A stretch of DNA of 42,416 nucleotides from assembly GCA_030141605.1 (NCBI GenBank), contig JAQGDQ010000780.1, positions 53,965-96,380 on the forward strand, given 5' to 3'. The notes below the pieces were generated by a model. It made no database searches and was not told the DNA's origin. It saw nothing but the letters and a program-made list of their open reading frames with translations. This document shows positions 36,748 to 42,416 of this stretch, piece after piece. Each line of letters starts with the position of its first letter. Positions within the stretch are counted from its first letter, which is position 1. The stretch is from Tubiluchus corallicola. Lineage: Eukaryota > Animalia > Priapulida. The position numbers and the translations under genes are program-made.

Positions 36748-39700
36748 TAAGCATTTGGTACATTTTACATAGGTTCATGAAAAACTGCTCTCACTAAGCA
36801 TTTGCTACATTTTACATGGGTTCATGAAGAACTGTTCTCACTAAGCATTTGCTACATTTTGCTTGGGTTCATGAAGAACTGTTCTCACTAAGCATTTGCT
36901 GCATTTTGCTTGGGTTCATGAAGAACTGTTCTCACTAAGCATTTGCTGCATTTTGCTTGGGTTCATGAAAAACTGTTCTCACTAAGCATTTGCTACATTT
37001 TGCTTGGGTTCATGAAGAACTGTTCTCACTAAGCATTTGCTGCATTTTGCTTGGGTTCATGAAAAACTGTTCTCACTAAGCATTTGCTACATTTTGCTTG
37101 GGTTCATGAAAAACTGTTCTCACTAAGCATTTGCTGCATTTTGCATGGGTTCATGAAAAACTGTCCTCACGAAGCATTTGCTGCATTTTGCTTGGGTTCA
37201 TGAAAAACTGTTCTCACTAAGCATTTGCTACATTTTGCTTGGGTTCATGAAGAACTGTTCTCACTAAGCATTTGCTACATTTTGCTTGGGTTCATGAAAA
37301 ACTGTTCTCACTAAGCATTTGCTGCATTTTACTTGGGTTCATGAAGAACTGTTCTCACTAAGCATTTGCTACATTTTGCTTGGGTTCATGAAAAACTGTT
37401 CTCACTAAGCATTTGCTGCATTTTGCATGGGTTCATGAAAAACTGTTCTCACTAAGCATTTGCTGCATTTTGCGTGAGTTCATGAAAAACTGTTCTCACT
37501 AAGCATTTGCTGCATTTTCCTTGGGTTCATGAAAAACTGTTCTCACTAAGCATTTGCTACATTTTACTTGGGTTCATGAAAAACTGTTCTCACTAAGCAT
37601 TTGCTACATTTTGCATGGGTTCATGAAAAACTGTTCTCACTAAGCATTTGCTACATTTTGCTTGGGTTCATGAAGAACTGTTCTCACTAAGCATTTGCTA
37701 CATTTTGCTTGGGTTCATGAAAAACTGTTCTCACTAAGCATTTGCTACATTTTGCTTGGGTTCATGAAAAACTGTTCTCACTAAGCATTTGCTGCATTTT
37801 ACATGGGTTCATGAAGAACTGTTCTCACTAAGCATTTGCTGCATTTTACATGGGTTCATGAAGAACTGTTCTCACTAAGCATTTGCTGCATTTTACTTGG
37901 GTTCATGAAGAACTGTTCTCACTAAGCATTTGCTACATTTTGCTTGGGTTCATGAAAAACTGTTCTCACTAAGCATTTGCTACATTTTACTTGGGTTCAT
38001 GAAAAACTGTTCTCACTAAGCATTTGCTACATTTTGCTTGGGTTCATGAAAAACTGTTCTCACTAAGCATTTGCTGCATTTTGCTTGGGTTCATGAAAAA
38101 CTGTTCTCACTAAGCATTTGCTGCATTTTGCTTGGGTTCATGAAGAACTGTTCTCACTAAGCATTTGCTGCATTTTGCTTGGGTTCATGAAAAACTGTTC
38201 TCACTAAGCATTTGCTGCATTTTGCTTGGGTTCATGAAAAACTGTTCTCACTAAGCGTTTGCTACATTTTGCATGGGTTCATGAAAAACTGTTCTCACTA
38301 AGCATTTGCTGCATTTTACTTGGGTTCATGAAAAACTGTTCTCACTAAGCATTTGCTACATTTTACTTGGGTTCATGAAAAACTGTTCTCACTAAGCATT
38401 TGCTACATTTTGCATGGGTTCATGAAAAACTGTTCTCACTAAGCATTTGCTACATTTTGCTTGGGTTCATGAAGAACTGTTCTCACTAAGCATTTGCTAC
38501 ATTTTGCTTGGGTTCATGAAAAACTGTTCTCACTAAGCATTTGCTACATTTTGCTTGGGTTCATGAAAAACTGTTCTCACTAAGCATTTGCTGCATTTTA
38601 CATGGGTTCATGAAGAACTGTTCTCACTAAGCATTTGCTGCATTTTACATGGGTTCATGAAGAACTGTTCTCACTAAGCATTTGCTACATTTTGCTTGGG
38701 TTCATGAAGAACTGTTCTCACTAAGCATTTGCTGCATTTTGCTTGGGTTCATGAAAAACTGTTCTCACTAAGCATTTGCTGCATTTTGCTTGGGTTCATG
38801 AAAAACTGTTCTCACTAAGCATTTGCTGCATTTTGCTTGGGTTCATGAAAAACTGTTCTCACTAAGCATTTGCTACATTTTGCTTGGGTTCATGAAAAAC
38901 TGTTCTCACTACATTTGCTGCATTTTGATGGGTTCATGAAAAACTGTTCTCACTAAGCATTTGCTACATTTTGCTTGGGTTCATGAAGAACTGTTCTCAC
39001 TAAGCATTTGCTGCATTTTGCTTGGGTTCATGAAAAACTGTTCTCACTAAGCATTTGCTGCATTTTGCTTGGGTTCATGAAAAACTGTTCTCACTAAGCA
39101 TTTGCTGCATTTTGCGTGAGTTCATGAAAAACTGCTCTCACTAAGCATTTGCTACATTTTGCTTGGGTTCATAAAGAACTGTTCTCACTAAGCATTTGCT
39201 ACATTTTGCTTGGGTTCATGAAGAACTGTTCTCACTAAGCATTTGCTGCATTTTGCTTGGGTTCATGAAAAACTGTTCTCACTAAGCATTTGCTACATTT
39301 TGCTTGGGTTCATGAAGAACTGTTCTCACTAAGCATTTGCTGCATTTTGCTTGGGTTCATAAAGAACTGTTCTCACTAAGCATTTGCTACATTTTGCTTG
39401 GGTTCATGAAGAACTGTTCTCACTAAGCATTTGCTACATTTTGCTTGGGTTCATGAAGAACTGTCCTCACTAAGCATTTGCTGCATTTTGCTTGGGTTCA
39501 TGAAGAACTGTTCTCACTAAGCATTTGCTGCGTTTTGCGTGAGTTCATGAAAAACTGCTCTCACTAAGCATTTGCTGCATTTTACATGGGTTCATGAAGA
39601 ACTGTTCTCACTAAGCATTTGCTACATTTTGCTTGGGTTCATGAAGAACTGTTCTCACTAAGCATTTGCTGCATTTTGCTTGGGTTCATGAAAAACTGCT

Positions 39701-40878
39701 CTCACTAAGCATTTGCTACATTTTGCTTGGGTTCATGAAGAACTGTTCTCACTAAGCATTTGCTACATTTTGCATGGGTTCATGAAAAACTGTTCTCACT
39801 AAGCATTTGCTACATTTTGCTTGGGTTCATGAAAAACTGTTCTCACTAAGCATTTGCTGCATTTTGCTTGGGTTCATGAAAACTGTTCTCACTAAGCATT
39901 TGCTCTTTTCTGGTTCATGAAAAACTGCCTCACTAAGCATTTGCTCATTTCTGCAAAAACTCTCACTAAGCATTTGCTCATTTTCTGGGTTCATGAAAAA
40001 CTGCTCTCACTAAGCATTTGCTACATTTTGCTTGGGTTCATGAAAAACTGTTCTCACTAAGCATTTGCTGCATTTTGCTTGGGTTCATGAAAAACTGCTC
40101 TCACTAAGCATTTGCTGCATTTTACTTGGGTTCATGAAAAACTGTTCTCACTAAGCATTTGCTGCATTTTGCTTGGGTTCATGAAAAACTGTTCTCACTA
40201 AGCATTTGCTACATTTTGCATGGGTTCATGAAACTGTTCTCACTAAGCATTTGCTACTTTGCTTGGGTTCATGAAAAACTGTTCTCACTAACATTTGCTG
40301 CATTTTGGTTCATGAAAAACTGTTCTCACTAAGCATTTGCTGCATTTTGCTTGGGTTCATGAAAAACTGCTCACTAAGCATTTGCTGCATTTTACATGGG
40401 TTCATGAAGAACTGTTCTCACTAAGCATTTGCCACATTTTGCTTGGGTTCATGAAGAACTGTTCTCACTAAGCATTTGCTACATTTTGCTTTTCATGAAC
40501 TGTTCTCACTAAGCATTTTTGGGTTCATGAAAAACTGTTCTCACTAAGCATTTGCTACATTTTGCTTGGGTTCATGAAGAACTGTTCTCACTAAGCATTT
40601 GCTGCATTTTGCTTGGGTTCATGAAAAACTGCTCTCACTAAGCATTTGCTACATTTTGCTTGGGTTCATGAAGAACTGTTCTCACTAAGCATTTGCTGCA
40701 TTTTGCTTGGGTTCATGAAGAACTGTTCTCACTAAGCATTTGCTACATTTTGCTTGGGTTCATGAAGAACTGTTCTCACTAAGCATTTGCTGCATTTTGC
40801 TTGGGTTCATGAAAACCTGTTCTCACTAAGCATTTGCTGCATTTTGCTTGGGTTCATGAAAAAAAACTGCTCTCACTG
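36748..40878. repeat. 47-bp intronic satellite, about 88 copies
   Basis: GGGTTCATGAA(A/G)AACTGTTCTCACTAAGCATTTGCT(A/G)CATTTTGCTT; period 47 (36841, 36888...). Confidence 0.98.
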
Positions 40879-41873
40879 TGTAGCAACTATATTGTATTTG
40901 ATAATTTTTGTAGGTTTCTATTCCTCACACAATAGATTTTCATTCAGAATTATACATGAAATGCATTTGCTTACCATGACAAATTAGAAATCGGTTTTTG
41001 AGGAAAAAAATCCTTTTAAAACGAGTATGATATATGCATAAAATTGTTGTAAATTAATATAATTTTTTCTGAAACCTACTTCAGGTACCTACTTTAATAT
41101 TCTAGCATCAAATTGTCAAGAAAATGTTCAAAGAATAGTAAAAATCTAAATTATAACCCCATACTCACTTTTCAGGCTACAAATTAGAACTGCAATTGTA
41201 AAAAATTTGAATTTTCAGTCTCCAATAATATCTTGTGGAAGCAATCATTTCGCATCAGGGATTTTTTTCTCTTGTTAAGCCAAGATCTTCGTTAGAAAGA
41301 GCCTTCTCCGTGGTTTTAATGTAATTTTAATGTGCTCTTGCAAAGTCCATAGCAACCACTCTTTCGTACGGTTGCTAAGTGTTTTGTAGAAATGTGACAA
41401 AAAACAATGGCTAAGTTTAACAGTGATTTTCTCAAGATTGTTTTTCAGTGCGCAGCCTGCACCTTAGAAATAACATAGAGTAATTAGCCTGGTATCAAAA
41501 TGATTCTCATGAAATGGAGATTTAGTATATGTGAATAACTTGAAAAGCTTATTTGCTGATTTATGGATGATTTTGTTACGCAAGCACACATATATTCATT
41601 GTTCAGGAGTGAGGATCAATTTGAGTAAAAATTATTGATCAAATCTATTGTAATTTTATTTTTCTCTCATGATATTACTAGAATTTTTAAGATATAGAAG
41701 TTTTGTAATATTGTAAATTGTATTTAAGATTATAATTTTGTGCCCGATGACTATTCTAGAACTCATTTATGGAAAATATATATATTTCTACATAGGGAGA
41801 AAATTGGTGGTATTTTATGTAATGAAGTATTTTTCCTATAACTGGTGTATTTTACTATTTTTTCATACTATAG

Positions 41874-41984
41874 GTAAGCAAGTATTTTATCCCACAGTTT
41901 TTACACAATACAATCCAAAGATGGTGAAGGAATACTCCGGAAATGTACAAATAGAGGATTTGCTTGTCATAAACAAGTACACAG
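41874..41984 (+). CDS. Chondroitin sulfate GalNAc-transferase-like gene, exon 3 (gene continues beyond the window)
   Basis: TATAG| acceptor, AG|GTATGT donor, 111 nt, phase 1-1; GKQVFYPTVFTQYNP...LVINKYTG resembles CSGALNACT GKKVFYPVLFSQYNP...LVIKKETG (from memory). Confidence 0.9.
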
Positions 41985-42416
41985 GTATGTAATGTTTTTT
42001 TTTGTTATTTACACGATACTTTTGCTTGTTTAAACATGAGTTTGCTTCATTTGCCTGGTCTCAGGTGGCATAAATCCGGTGGCACGGTTTGCTAGTATAC
42101 GTGCAGTATAAGCAGGTTTTAGAAAAAGAATTTTTTTTTGGGAGAGCATAGCTGTATTGCACGTGTTTGCTTGTTATTTTTGTGTACTTTTGACTATATA
42201 CCTCTTTAACCATAGACAGGATGTCATTGTTTGTTACAGTCTAACAACATAAAATACCCAGTGTCAGCATTTTGAGTGGAAAATTCCGTGGAAAGTTTTA
42301 GAGAAGTTAGAAATAGCTGGATTAGTTGCTGGGGAATTTAAATAAAGAAATTTCGGTACTTTTTTAACTTCAGTAAATTAATCTACCCCAGACACTTTTC
42401 GCTATGAATTCGTAAG

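Overview
AT-rich, repeat-dense genomic DNA from an invertebrate animal (spliceosomal GT-AG introns; taxon not determinable from sequence alone). Three spliced genes can be reconstructed by hand. (1) A complete 3-exon, + strand, secreted chitin deacetylase-like gene (13824-23580; 517 aa; signal peptide, CBM14/ChtBD2, LDLa, CE4 domain). Its metal triad and catalytic His are substituted, so it is a predicted pseudoenzyme. (2) The 5' part of a - strand VOPP1/WBP1-family gene (exons 28434-28474 and 26067-26216); its transmembrane exon was not found. (3) The first three coding exons of a + strand chondroitin GalNAc-transferase (CSGALNACT/CHSY family, GT7) gene that runs off the right edge. The rest is more than a dozen unrelated mini/microsatellites (including a 4.1 kb 47-bp array), piggyBac-, hAT- and possibly Kolobok-like MITEs, LINE 3' remnants, and a foldback carrying degenerate hammerhead cores. 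The most unusual recurring structure is tandem arrays that copy an intron-exon junction. These stack decoy splice acceptors in front of an exon, and only the last copy keeps the reading frame (clearest at CDA exon 2). Most ORFs in the supplied track are repeat artefacts. No prokaryotic systems, rRNA, intact tRNA or CRISPR arrays were seen.
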